A DNA stretch of 64,000 nt, from positions 400-64,399 of the forward strand of contig JAUUZY010000005.1 of the NCBI GenBank assembly GCA_030592015.1. The letters run 5' to 3'. The translations under genes were made by a program, and so were the position numbers. Position 1 is the first letter of the stretch; each line of letters starts with the position of its first letter. The notes beneath the pieces were generated by a model. That model saw only the letters and a program-made list of their open reading frames with translations, was not told where the DNA came from and did no database searches. Below are positions 39,291 to 49,278 of the stretch, piece by piece. The DNA comes from Candidatus Peregrinibacteria bacterium (GTDB lineage Bacteria > Patescibacteriota > Gracilibacteria > UBA1369 > LOWO2-01-FULL-3).

Positions 39291-40646
39291 ATGCAGAATA
39301 ATACTGAAAGACAGGTCCTAGATCTAATAAAGCGCAAAGAGCGAATATTAGTTTTGCCATCATCGCCAGTCGATGGAGATTCAATAGGAACGGCATTAGC
39401 GTTGTATCTTGCACTTAAAAAATTGGGAAAAGAGGCTACAGTAGTATGTAGTGAAGCAATTCCTGATTTACTGCAATTTTTGCCAAGTACAAAGGTGGTT
39501 GGCAAAAAAGTATCGTCTTCCAATGATTTTATCGTAACTCTCGATTGCAAGAACGCAAAAGTAGAGAATATAAAGAGTTTTGTTGAGAACAACAAAATAA
39601 ATATTGTAATCAGTCCACTAGAAGGACGGTTTTCAGAGGATGATATAAGCTTTAATAAAGGAGAGGTGAGTTATGATTTGATAATAACAGTAGATACGGC
39701 GGACTTAAGCCAGCTAAAGAGCATTTATGAAAACAACATCGAGATGTTTCATCAAATACCTGTCATAAATATTGATCATCATATTTCCAATGCTCATTTC
39801 GGAAAAGTGAATTATATTGATATTATGGCATCTTCTACGGCAGAATTGCTTCTTCCAATTCTTGAAAAATTGGCCAATGAAGAGGAGATTGATCTAATTG
39901 ACGAGGACATTGCTACACTTTTATTGACCGGAATAATTACTGACACAGGTAGTTTTCAGAACGCAAACACGACTCCAAAGTCTTTTGCAGTATCAGCTCA
40001 GTTAATTTCATATGGAGCGAGACAGCAAGAAATTATTCAGCATGTTTATAAAACCAAGCAGCTGAGTCAGTTAAAGCTGTGGGGAAGGGTATTGTCAAAA
40101 ATACAAACCGACAAAGAATATAGAATTGTATGGTCTTCTGTAAGCCAACAGGATTTCCGAGATACGGAGAGTACAGAGGATGAAACCGGGGACATAATCG
40201 ACGAATTAATGACAAATGCTCCGGGAGCTGAAGTAATTCTTTTACTGAAAGAGAGAAAAAATAATATAGTTTCAGTAAGCATACGAACAACGACATCAGC
40301 TATTGATGGTTCAAAGATTGCTGAACACTTTGGTGGGGGAGGGCACACACAAGCGGCAGGATTCTCATTTTCCGACCTAAGCCTAATGAATGCAGAGCAC
40401 CAGATAATTGAGTACGTTCGAAAAATACAATCACAAAGACTTGGAGTTAATACGGAATCAGAAGAAATCGATCCAATAATTGACGTGGAAGGGCTAATGA
40501 ACAAGGCCGAGGAAACACAAAAGGCAATGGACTCAATTGAAAAGATAAAAACAAAGAAAACAAAAAAGAAAAAGAAGACACTAGATCTAAAAACTTCTTC
40601 AGGACCAAAGGAGTCAGAAGAAACTATCTATAAATTCGAAGACTAA
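39291..40646 (+). CDS. DHH/DHHA1 phosphoesterase (NrnA-like)
   Basis: VDGDSIG, TVDTA, NIDHH, TDTGSF, GGGGHTQAAG. Confidence 0.9.
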   Translation: MQNNTERQVLDLIKRKERILVLPSSPVDGDSIGTALALYLALKKLGKEATVVCSEAIPDLLQFLPSTKVVGKKVSSSNDFIVTLDCKNAKVENIKSFVENNKINIVISPLEGRFSEDDISFNKGEVSYDLIITVDTADLSQLKSIYENNIEMFHQIPVINIDHHISNAHFGKVNYIDIMASSTAELLLPILEKLANEEEIDLIDEDIATLLLTGIITDTGSFQNANTTPKSFAVSAQLISYGARQQEIIQHVYKTKQLSQLKLWGRVLSKIQTDKEYRIVWSSVSQQDFRDTESTEDETGDIIDELMTNAPGAEVILLLKERKNNIVSVSIRTTTSAIDGSKIAEHFGGGGHTQAAGFSFSDLSLMNAEHQIIEYVRKIQSQRLGVNTESEEIDPIIDVEGLMNKAEETQKAMDSIEKIKTKKTKKKKKTLDLKTSSGPKESEETIYKFED

Positions 40647-41395
40647 GTCAGAGACTCCATGACTTCATCTGGAATATCAAAGTTGCTATAAACATTGGCA
40701 ACATCTTCATCATCTTCCAGAGCATCCACAAGCTTCAAGACCTTTTTAGCATCTTCAGCAGTCTCGATTTTCACATCTTCCTTAGGCAAATAGGAGATTT
40801 CAGCCTTCTCAATCACAAAGCCAGATTTTTCCAAATTATCCCTAACCTTCATCAAGTCAGTAGGTCCTGTAATTATTTCAAAATCATTTCCATCTATAGT
40901 TAAATCCTCAGCACCAGCATCTATCACTTCAAGCTCTGCCTCTTCCTTGTCTTTCCCCTCAGCCTTTGCAAGAATCACTCCCTTCCTCTCAAACATCCAT
41001 CCCACAGACCCAGCTGATCCCATATTTCCACCATTCTTTGTAAGAGCCATCTTTACTCCTGTAACTGAACGATTTTTATTATCAGTAATAACTTGAACAT
41101 AAAAAGCAGTCCCACAAGGGCCGAAGCCTTCATACATGATAGTAGACAAGATCAGTGCATCCTTCCCCGCACCGGTTCCCTTTTTTATAGCCTTATCAAT
41201 ATTTGCATTAGGAACATTATCCGCCTTTGCATTTGCAATAGCCGTACGAAGAGTTGCATTCATACTTGGGTCACCACCGCCATCACGAGCGATAATGGTA
41301 ATGATTTTTGCATGCTTAGTAAATATCTTTCCTCGTTTTGCATCTAAAGCCCCTTTCTTATGTTTAATCGAGGCCCATTTTGAATGTCCTGACAT
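40643..41395 (-). CDS. yebC: YebC/PmpR family protein
   Basis: MSGHSKWASIKHKK, YEGFGP, TDNKNR, DDEDVANVYSN. Confidence 0.95.
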   Translation of the reverse strand: MSGHSKWASIKHKKGALDAKRGKIFTKHAKIITIIARDGGGDPSMNATLRTAIANAKADNVPNANIDKAIKKGTGAGKDALILSTIMYEGFGPCGTAFYVQVITDNKNRSVTGVKMALTKNGGNMGSAGSVGWMFERKGVILAKAEGKDKEEAELEVIDAGAEDLTIDGNDFEIITGPTDLMKVRDNLEKSGFVIEKAEISYLPKEDVKIETAEDAKKVLKLVDALEDDEDVANVYSNFDIPDEVMESLT

Positions 41396-41401
41396 ATGAT
41401 T

Positions 41402-42547
41402 TTAGTTAACATTTTTTACAGCTTCAGCAATGGTGTCAGCAACTCCAGGGTCAAACACTCCGGGAATGATTTTTTCCGGAACCGGATTCTCAACCATAGC
41501 CGCCAAAGCCTCTGCAGCAGCAAGCTTCATCTCTGTTGTAATTTCTCTTTTTCTATTCTCTAACACACCTTTAAAAATTCCAGGGAAAACCAGCACATTA
41601 TTAATTTGATTTGGGAAATCTGACCTCCCGGTTGCGATAACCTTAGCACCACCAGCCTTGGCTTCGTCAGGCATAATTTCAGGGTCAGGGTTGGACATAG
41701 CAAAAATAATCGCATCATCAGCCATAGACTTAACCATTTCTCTATTAAGCAGATTTGGCTTTGATACACCGATAAAAGCATCTGCCCCTTTCAAAGCATT
41801 CTCTATTCCTCCTTCTAATTTATGTTTGTTAGTTACTTTAGAAATTTCCTCCTTATATGGATTTAGCCCTTCTCTTCCCTCATAAATTAGCCCCTTACTA
41901 TCCTGCAAAATAATATCCCCAAAACCATATGCAAAAAGAAGTTTTGTAATGGCCATACCGGCAGCTCCGGCACCACTAATCACAACTTTTGCACTAGCTG
42001 CATCCTTCCCCACAACTTTCAAAGCATTGATAAGACCGGCAAGACATACAATTGCAGTCCCGTGCTGATCATCGTGAAAAATAGGAATATCAAGCTCCGC
42101 TATAAGCCTCTCTTCAATTTCAAAACACTTAGGTGCCTTTATGTCTTCCAAATTAATTCCACCAAAAGATGGAGCAATAGCCTTAACAATATTTACAATC
42201 TCATCCGTATCCTCCGTATCCAAGCAAATTGGCACAGCATCTATATTTCCAAAGGCTTTAAAAAGAGCAGCTTTTCCCTCCATAACAGGTAAACCCGCAA
42301 GAGCACCAATATTCCCCAATCCCAAAACAGCAGTTCCATCAGTAACTACAGCTATAGTGTGTCCCTTAGAAGTATAGTCATAAGCAAGTTCCTTATCCTT
42401 TTGGATCTCTCTACATGGTTCAGCAACTCCTGGCGTATAAAACAAGCTTAGGTCCTTCGAATTCTCAAGCGGAACCGTAGACACAACTTCAAGTTTACCT
42501 CTATATTTCTTGTGTGCTTCTAAAGCCTCTTTTTTCAGATCATCCAT
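41402..42547 (-). CDS. NAD(P)-dependent malic enzyme
   Basis: YTPGVAEPC, VTDGTAVLGLG, MEGKA, INLEDI, HDDQHGTA, GAGAAG, TGRSDFPNQINN. Confidence 0.95.
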   Translation of the reverse strand: MDDLKKEALEAHKKYRGKLEVVSTVPLENSKDLSLFYTPGVAEPCREIQKDKELAYDYTSKGHTIAVVTDGTAVLGLGNIGALAGLPVMEGKAALFKAFGNIDAVPICLDTEDTDEIVNIVKAIAPSFGGINLEDIKAPKCFEIEERLIAELDIPIFHDDQHGTAIVCLAGLINALKVVGKDAASAKVVISGAGAAGMAITKLLFAYGFGDIILQDSKGLIYEGREGLNPYKEEISKVTNKHKLEGGIENALKGADAFIGVSKPNLLNREMVKSMADDAIIFAMSNPDPEIMPDEAKAGGAKVIATGRSDFPNQINNVLVFPGIFKGVLENRKREITTEMKLAAAEALAAMVENPVPEKIIPGVFDPGVADTIAEAVKNVN

Positions 42548-42555
42548 TTTAGGGT

Positions 42556-42795
42556 CTATTGGTTAGGTGGGGGATAGCTTGGAAATGGAACAGAGGGAGG
42601 TCCAGTCGGTCCATCCGTTCCTACAGGATCCACCATAACAGTTCCATCAAGATTTTCAACAATTATATAGTCCAAGTTTTCAGGACTAGTCCTGAGTGAG
42701 GAATATACAATTGCCCCGATCACTACAGCCAAAGTAATAAGCGCAGCTATCACTGTAGTAAAATATTTTTTTTCGTCCCCTTTTTTATATGCCAT
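42556..42795 (-). CDS. Small single-pass membrane protein with a Pro-rich tail
   Basis: One TM helix; tail GPTGPPSVPFPSYPPPNQ; fits between neighbouring genes with short gaps. Confidence 0.65.
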   Translation of the reverse strand: MAYKKGDEKKYFTTVIAALITLAVVIGAIVYSSLRTSPENLDYIIVENLDGTVMVDPVGTDGPTGPPSVPFPSYPPPNQ

Positions 42796-42805
42796 AAGTT
42801 TTTGG

Positions 42806-44113
42806 TTAAAATGCAGATGTTCTTCCTTCCCTAGTGTCCAAAATTAAATCAGCTGCACGTTCATATTTAAAAGTGTAATCAACACTGTCACTATAATAGT
42901 AATCTACAGGCCCTGTGCCAACACCAATTGTATCAGTTTCGATAATAACTTTGTCAGGTAGAGAATTCAGGAGCTGCATGCCTTTATTCGCAATCAGAAC
43001 ATTGGCAAAAATATTGCTCAAAACATCTTCATAATCATCAAAACCCGAAACCTCCCTATATTCAAAGGTGCTGAGCATAGCTTTTATAAACCTAGGCAAC
43101 TGATAGCCCAAAACCCCCTCACCATACTCGGTATAAATAGCTACAATCCTTCCATCATCCAAGTAAACATACCAATCCACAATCCTTTGCTCAGGATAAA
43201 GAACCTCTATAGCAGGCAAGCTACCCAAATTGAATTCAGTATACTGCGCACCTGGAAAAGCATTCTTCAAAGTTGAAAAATAACTGTTTTTACTCACACC
43301 CGAATCATTATTATCAAGAGATACAACAACTTTTGCTGAATTTGGGTAAGTCCTCACAGCAGAAAACTGAAGTAAGTCATCATTCGCTTTATAAAAAATA
43401 ATCTCAGAGCCATTGTCCACAATCTGCCAACTACCGTCATATTTAATTTTAAACGGAATTGTATTATTGTGAAAGGATGACCAGTTTGTATGCAATGGGA
43501 ACGCTGTTTCTCCAGTATTTTTCACTATGATCATTCTATAAATAATTTCTGCAAAAGCCGCACGTGTCATATCTTTATTGGCACTGATTTCTCCAGCATC
43601 ATCAGCCAAAATAACATTATGTTCCCGCGCATAATAAGCAAAAGGGGCATACCAAGAATCCATAGGAGCATCCAAGAAAACATCGCTATCTACCGAATCC
43701 GGAATAGAAGCATCAGCCGCAATAGAAATGATTTTCAAAGTCTCAGCCATATTTACAGGATCACCGGGCTTGAAATATCCACTATCGTAGCCTTGAACCA
43801 GACCGGCTTCATATCCACCCATTACAAAAGGAAAAAACCATTGATCAGTTGTGACATCAGGAAAAATCTTATCAAAACTCCCCTCATGATCAACTCCAAA
43901 GGCTCCAACGATAATTTTCACCGCTTCAGCCCTGTTTACCAAATCATTCGGCCTGAAAGTGCCATCATCGTAGCCATTGATAATATTGTTTGCCTCTAGA
44001 TATTGAATAGCTCCAAAATTGGCATGATCCTCAGCTACATCCGGGAAAGAGCCAGCAAAAGCAGATGGAATCAGTAAAATAAATACTGCAACAAATTGAA
44101 GAAACCTTTTCAT
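42806..44113 (-). CDS. Secreted protein with N-terminal SLH repeats and a PsbP-like domain
   Basis: Signal peptide MKRFLQ...SAFA (start 44113; track 44128); FPDV, GYDDGTFRPNDLVNRAEAVK, MTRAAFAEIIYR; FKIKYDGSW. Confidence 0.8.
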   Translation of the reverse strand: MKRFLQFVAVFILLIPSAFAGSFPDVAEDHANFGAIQYLEANNIINGYDDGTFRPNDLVNRAEAVKIIVGAFGVDHEGSFDKIFPDVTTDQWFFPFVMGGYEAGLVQGYDSGYFKPGDPVNMAETLKIISIAADASIPDSVDSDVFLDAPMDSWYAPFAYYAREHNVILADDAGEISANKDMTRAAFAEIIYRMIIVKNTGETAFPLHTNWSSFHNNTIPFKIKYDGSWQIVDNGSEIIFYKANDDLLQFSAVRTYPNSAKVVVSLDNNDSGVSKNSYFSTLKNAFPGAQYTEFNLGSLPAIEVLYPEQRIVDWYVYLDDGRIVAIYTEYGEGVLGYQLPRFIKAMLSTFEYREVSGFDDYEDVLSNIFANVLIANKGMQLLNSLPDKVIIETDTIGVGTGPVDYYYSDSVDYTFKYERAADLILDTREGRTSAF

Positions 44114-44155
44114 AAGAATGATAATCACTTTTTACCAATATAGCACAAAAGGAAT

Positions 44156-45505
44156 TTACGAATAAAGCAGTTCTCCCGGAGAATACTTATCAAGATTTTC
44201 TTCTCCTATAAGTTCTACCAATCTTTCTGGGACATCTTCCATATCAAGAGTTTCCTGGATTCCAATTTCCATATCCCTAATAATGGCAGTTCCCTCTCGA
44301 ACTTCAGTAATACCGATCAGTACAGTGTATGGCACCTTGAATTTATCAGCGAGTCTAAGTTGAACATTGATGGACCCTTTACCAAGAGCTCCCATAGTCT
44401 TTAATCCGCTATCTCTCAGCCTATCAATAAGACCAAGACATTTTTTCTTTGCTTCATTTCCAAGTTGTGCAACAAAAACATGCAGGGTGTCCTTTGAAGG
44501 CACTCGTATTCTTTCTCGTTTCATATTTGCAATAATTCTCTCAATTCCAGCAGCATAACCAACAGCCGGAGTAGGCTGACCTCCCATCAGTTCAAGTAGG
44601 CCATCATATCGACCACCACCACCGATTGCATTCTGAGAACCATTATCCTTATCCCAAAATTCAAATACTGTCTTTGTATAATAATCCAATCCTCTAATAA
44701 GCTTTGGATTTTCTGTATATTCGATTCCAATTTCATCCAGATACCCTACTAATTCCTCATGATATTCAACAGACTCTTTATCAAGATAATCCCTCATGAC
44801 AGGAGCCAATTGAGCAAGAATAACACAATCTTCCTCCTTACAATCCAAAAGACGAAGAGGGTTTTTGTCTAGTCTAACTTTACAGCTATCACATAGAGAT
44901 CTTTCCTTTCCTGCATAGTAGTCCTGAAGTATTCCCATATATTCTTTACGAGCCTCCGGAGTACCAATAGTGTTTAATTGTAGTGATAAAATCCCGCTAA
45001 TACCAAGATCCTCATTGATCTTGCTAGCTAACTGAATTATCTGAGCATCAAGAGCAGGATCGCTCTCTCCAATAACCTCAAATCCAAACTGCCAAAATTG
45101 TCTGTATCGACCTTTTTGCGGTCTGTCATATCGGAAATGTGGCTCAATATAATACAAAAGAACCGGCTGAGGTAATTCCTGCATACCATGTTGAATGAAT
45201 GCACGTACAACACCTGCAGTCCCTTCCGGTTTTAGTGTAAGACTTCGTCCTTTTCTATCCTCAAAAGTATACATCTCCTTTGACACAATATCCGAAGTAT
45301 CACCGATACTTCTCTTGAATACATCTGTAGCCTCAAAAATAGGTGTGCTTATACGTCTAAAACCAGCTTGTCTTGCCCTATGTCTAATAACCTTCTTTAT
45401 AAATGTGTGATACTCGTGATCCATTGGGAGAATATCGTGAACCCCCCTTGGACTTCTAAAAGCCTCTATTTTCTTCTCCTCTGATTTTTCTTCCTTTTCA
45501 GCCAT
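44156..45505 (-). CDS. hisS: Histidine--tRNA ligase
   Basis: PRGVHD, KEMYTF, LKPEGTA, RPQKGRYRQF, RGLDYY, GGGRYD. Confidence 0.97.
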   Translation of the reverse strand: MAEKEEKSEEKKIEAFRSPRGVHDILPMDHEYHTFIKKVIRHRARQAGFRRISTPIFEATDVFKRSIGDTSDIVSKEMYTFEDRKGRSLTLKPEGTAGVVRAFIQHGMQELPQPVLLYYIEPHFRYDRPQKGRYRQFWQFGFEVIGESDPALDAQIIQLASKINEDLGISGILSLQLNTIGTPEARKEYMGILQDYYAGKERSLCDSCKVRLDKNPLRLLDCKEEDCVILAQLAPVMRDYLDKESVEYHEELVGYLDEIGIEYTENPKLIRGLDYYTKTVFEFWDKDNGSQNAIGGGGRYDGLLELMGGQPTPAVGYAAGIERIIANMKRERIRVPSKDTLHVFVAQLGNEAKKKCLGLIDRLRDSGLKTMGALGKGSINVQLRLADKFKVPYTVLIGITEVREGTAIIRDMEIGIQETLDMEDVPERLVELIGEENLDKYSPGELLYS

Positions 45506-45587
45506 ATATAGTGAGCCTTATTAATTAATTGCGAGCAGGTACGAAAGTTATTCTACCAGCTTTTTTAAGTTTTTCAAGTCGAAAACA

Positions 45588-46634
45588 CTATGAAGCAATC
45601 TCAAAGGATGTGGTGGGAACTACATTTGTTTTTTCCTTATATCTCTCAGGATTTTTTTGAAAGAGAAAATAAGCCGCAGCCGCAATCATAGCAGCATTAT
45701 CAGTGCAGAAAGGGATAGTCTTTGGATGTCTAAATTTAATTCCATTTGGAATGTTATCAGCTATATACTCACGCAAACGAGTATTCGCTGAAACACCACC
45801 TGCAAGATGAATTTCCTTGATCTCAGGATATTTGTCAGCAGCCATAAGCAGTTTTTTGCCCAAAACCTCTACAACAGCCTCCTGAAAACTCGCTGCAAGA
45901 TCATCCCGAAACTTATCATCCATCTCAGATTCACTCTTTATATCATTTTTTTGTATATACGATTTTACTTCATTTAGAACTGCGGTCTTGAGCCCGGAAA
46001 AACTAAAGTCCAAACTGCCTTTCTCCAGATAGCTCCGTGGAAGTGCAAAAGCACCTTTGTCTCCATCCAAAGCCACTTTTGAAATTATCGGACCACCTGG
46101 ATATCCCAGCCCCAGAATCCTTGCAACCTTGTCAAAAGCCTCACCAGCTGCATCATCACGAGTTTCTCCAAGTATTTCAAATTCATTATGCCCACGCATC
46201 AGCACCAATTCATTATGTCCCCCGGAAACAGTCAAAATCAAAACGGGAAACTCTATTTTCTCTTCAGCCTCAAGCCAATTTGAGTAGATATGTCCAACTA
46301 TATGCTGAACCGGAACAAGAACCTTATTCTTCACATAAGAAATAGTATTTGCGGTTTCAGTTCCAATAATAAGGGAGCTAACAAGTCCGGGCCCCCTGGT
46401 CACCGCAACGGCATCTATCCCATCCCAATCGCAGCCAGCCAACGTCAAACACTCATCCAGAACCGGAATAACCTTTAACACGTGCTCTCTCGCGGCAACC
46501 TCCGGCACAACTCCACCGGTCTTTGCATGCAGGTCTATCTGCGACGCGATCACATTCGACAAAACTTTCCGACCATCTTCCACAATAGCGGCAGCAGTTT
46601 CGTCACAGGATGTTTCTATTGCTAGTACTTTCAT
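45588..46634 (-). CDS. tsaD: tRNA N6-adenosine threonylcarbamoyltransferase
   Basis: IETSCDET, GGVVPEVAAREH, VSGGH, DDAAGEAFDK, FSFSGLKT, TDNAAMIA. Confidence 0.97.
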   Translation of the reverse strand: MKVLAIETSCDETAAAIVEDGRKVLSNVIASQIDLHAKTGGVVPEVAAREHVLKVIPVLDECLTLAGCDWDGIDAVAVTRGPGLVSSLIIGTETANTISYVKNKVLVPVQHIVGHIYSNWLEAEEKIEFPVLILTVSGGHNELVLMRGHNEFEILGETRDDAAGEAFDKVARILGLGYPGGPIISKVALDGDKGAFALPRSYLEKGSLDFSFSGLKTAVLNEVKSYIQKNDIKSESEMDDKFRDDLAASFQEAVVEVLGKKLLMAADKYPEIKEIHLAGGVSANTRLREYIADNIPNGIKFRHPKTIPFCTDNAAMIAAAAYFLFQKNPERYKEKTNVVPTTSFEIAS

Positions 46635-46707
46635 AGGGCGAATATATCACATAATCTTAAGTTTTTCCCAAAAATACGCTATACTAGATAGAACATTCAT
46701 TTTTCCT

Positions 46708-48048
46708 ATGAAACCAACGTCGATAGAAATTATAGAAATACTAAAGAAAGCTGGCCACGAAGCCTACTGGGCTGGTGGATGTGTGAGGGATATGTTGCTT
46801 GGTATAAAACCAAAAGATTTCGACATAGTAACTTCAGCAAAACCTGACGAGATAGAGGACTTACTCGAGCATACAATCCCGATTGGAAAGAAATTCGGTG
46901 TGATTTTAGCGATAAAGAACGATCATCATTTCGAAATAGCCACATTTAGGTCTGATAGCGGCTATAGCGATGGACGAAGACCTGACGCTGTTGAGTTTAC
47001 AAGCGCAGAGAAAGACGCATCCAGGCGCGATTTTACAATAAACGCACTATTCTATGATCCAATGGAGGACAAGATAATGGATTACGTGAATGGCCAGAAG
47101 GACATGGATGATAAGCTGATCCGATTCATTGGGGATCCGGAGGAGAGAATCTTAGAGGACCACCTTAGGATTTTGCGAGCTGTTAGATTCAAAAACAACT
47201 ATCAGATGCAATATCACCCTGATACGTATAGCGCTATAAAGAAACACGCAGCACTCGTGAAGAACATATCAAGAGAGAGAATCCAGGATGAATTAAACAA
47301 AATGATAATGGGGGAGATACCCGGGCAGAGTTTTGAGGAAATGTTTGAATTGGGGATTTTGGACCACATAATTCCAGAGCTTTCAAAGTTGAAGGGGCTC
47401 GCTCAGCCGCTACAGTATCACCAAGAAGGGGATGTGTGGGATCATTCTATACGCTCATTGAACAGCCTCACAGATGAGGAGTCAGATCCAAATCCGCTTA
47501 GAGCCGAGCCACCAACAGTGGCGCTCAAGTGGGCGACGTTTCTACACGATATAGGGAAATATGACACTTTCAGCATTGATAATGAGAGAATTCGTTACGA
47601 TGGACATGCGGAGAAAGGGGCAGAGATTGCCGGGAACATTTTGAAAAGACTGGCCTTCCCGAGGAAAACAATAGAAAAGGTGCAGTGGTTGATAGCTCAT
47701 CACATGATGGTTGTTCCGTTGTTCGAAATGCCTGATGGAAGGCGAAGACACTGGTTCCTCCAGCCTCACTTTGACGACCTCCTAGAGCTGTACAGAGCCG
47801 ACGCAATGGGAATCATTCCTATGGACTTATCAGCATATGAAAAACTGAAGCAACTCTATGGGCACGAGATAGCAAAGCTAAAGCTAATGCCGAAACAGCT
47901 GATAAGCGGAACCGACATTATGAAGATTCTTGATATTGAAGGCGGAGAGCAAGTAGGTAAAGTCATTCAGGAGATACGCGAAAAGCAGCTATCCGGAGAA
48001 ATCAAAACCAAGAAACAGGCTAAGGAATTCGTTAAAGCAAAGAACTAG
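46708..48048 (+). CDS. cca: CCA-adding tRNA nucleotidyltransferase with HD domain
   Basis: GGCVRD, DFDIVT, RRDFTINA, EDHLRILRAVRF, HQEGDVWDH, LHDIGK. Confidence 0.88.
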   Translation: MKPTSIEIIEILKKAGHEAYWAGGCVRDMLLGIKPKDFDIVTSAKPDEIEDLLEHTIPIGKKFGVILAIKNDHHFEIATFRSDSGYSDGRRPDAVEFTSAEKDASRRDFTINALFYDPMEDKIMDYVNGQKDMDDKLIRFIGDPEERILEDHLRILRAVRFKNNYQMQYHPDTYSAIKKHAALVKNISRERIQDELNKMIMGEIPGQSFEEMFELGILDHIIPELSKLKGLAQPLQYHQEGDVWDHSIRSLNSLTDEESDPNPLRAEPPTVALKWATFLHDIGKYDTFSIDNERIRYDGHAEKGAEIAGNILKRLAFPRKTIEKVQWLIAHHMMVVPLFEMPDGRRRHWFLQPHFDDLLELYRADAMGIIPMDLSAYEKLKQLYGHEIAKLKLMPKQLISGTDIMKILDIEGGEQVGKVIQEIREKQLSGEIKTKKQAKEFVKAKN

Positions 48049-48051
48049 ATA

Positions 48052-49200
48052 CTAGATCATTTTCTTTGCCCTCAAGAATGCAATATAGTCTTTTTTGATC
48101 AGAAGTAGTGAACCCGCTCCAACCAGGAAGAGGACGAGATTGAATATCCATCCGACAAGAGGAATAAGGCTTACTAAATTATATGCCAAGAGTGCCAGCG
48201 CGATTCCAAAAAAGAATCTGGTTCTCAGGTATTTTCTTTTCTTGAAGTTAATAAAATACCCTGCAAGCCAAGCAGATACGTAAATTTGAGACAGATAATA
48301 GATCACCAAAACACCTGAAAATACAATCAATGCTATCGGTATCCCTACAACTGTAACCATCAAAATAAGTCCTCCCACAATAGCTATAATCATAGCCAAA
48401 ACACCAACTGCAAAAGCCTTCAAAGCATTTTCCATGGTTGCTTGAGAAGATTTTATAAGAATCTTAGGCGCAAACAGAACAAGAAGAAACGCTAGAAGAA
48501 GCGCTGACAGATAAGTAAGGAGCTTGAATGCTATATAAGCTATAGCAGTTGTCTTCACAGTTTCCTTCTGTTCAAACTTATTAAAATTTATTTTACCAGC
48601 TACAACACCGGGCGGAACATCTACCTCCAAAAGAGAAGAATAGTTCAAATCACCTCCAACTTTTGCAAAAGGAGAAATAGTAAGGGCATCCTCAATAGTA
48701 ACCTCAACATCCCCATCAACGGTTCCGTTTAGAATCAAAGCCCCCATTACTCCCCAAATCTCTTCTTTCACATGACCATCCATCGCTAGATATCCGGCAG
48801 CAATCAGGATTGTTCCACCTACTGTAGAATTTTTACTGACATCAACAGTACCTCCGGCCACAACGATATCATCACCAACATCAGAAAAAATAGTAACCTG
48901 TCCTCCCATAACTCTTATATCACCTCCAACATCTCCAAGTACGGAAACTTTTCCTCCGACAACAACCAGATCCTCCAACACATTTCCATCTATAGTAATT
49001 GCACCACCGGCAATGTAGAGATCGCCCATTATATCAGCATCAACATTCGTATTGCCTGCCAAGATATACATATCATCAAGAACAGTCCGACTAATCACAA
49101 CATTGTCACCAGTATTAAAGTCCACAATAGCATAAGCCGGAACAATCTGTATGGAAAACAAGAGTAATGAAAGGGTAACAATTGATAACAATTTCTTCAT
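48052..49200 (-). CDS. Membrane protein with an extracellular bactofilin-like (polymer-forming) beta-helix and C-terminal TM bundle
   Basis: Signal peptide; repeats GDLYIAGG, EDLVVVGG, GDIRVMGG, DDIVVAGG; about six C-terminal hydrophobic helices. Confidence 0.75.
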   Translation of the reverse strand: MKKLLSIVTLSLLLFSIQIVPAYAIVDFNTGDNVVISRTVLDDMYILAGNTNVDADIMGDLYIAGGAITIDGNVLEDLVVVGGKVSVLGDVGGDIRVMGGQVTIFSDVGDDIVVAGGTVDVSKNSTVGGTILIAAGYLAMDGHVKEEIWGVMGALILNGTVDGDVEVTIEDALTISPFAKVGGDLNYSSLLEVDVPPGVVAGKINFNKFEQKETVKTTAIAYIAFKLLTYLSALLLAFLLVLFAPKILIKSSQATMENALKAFAVGVLAMIIAIVGGLILMVTVVGIPIALIVFSGVLVIYYLSQIYVSAWLAGYFINFKKRKYLRTRFFFGIALALLAYNLVSLIPLVGWIFNLVLFLVGAGSLLLIKKDYIAFLRAKKMI

Positions 49201-49278
49201 ATTTTCATTGGTAATAAATCTATTTAATAAAAAATAGAACCAAAACGAAAAAGTGGCTAATCAATACTCTTGACATAA

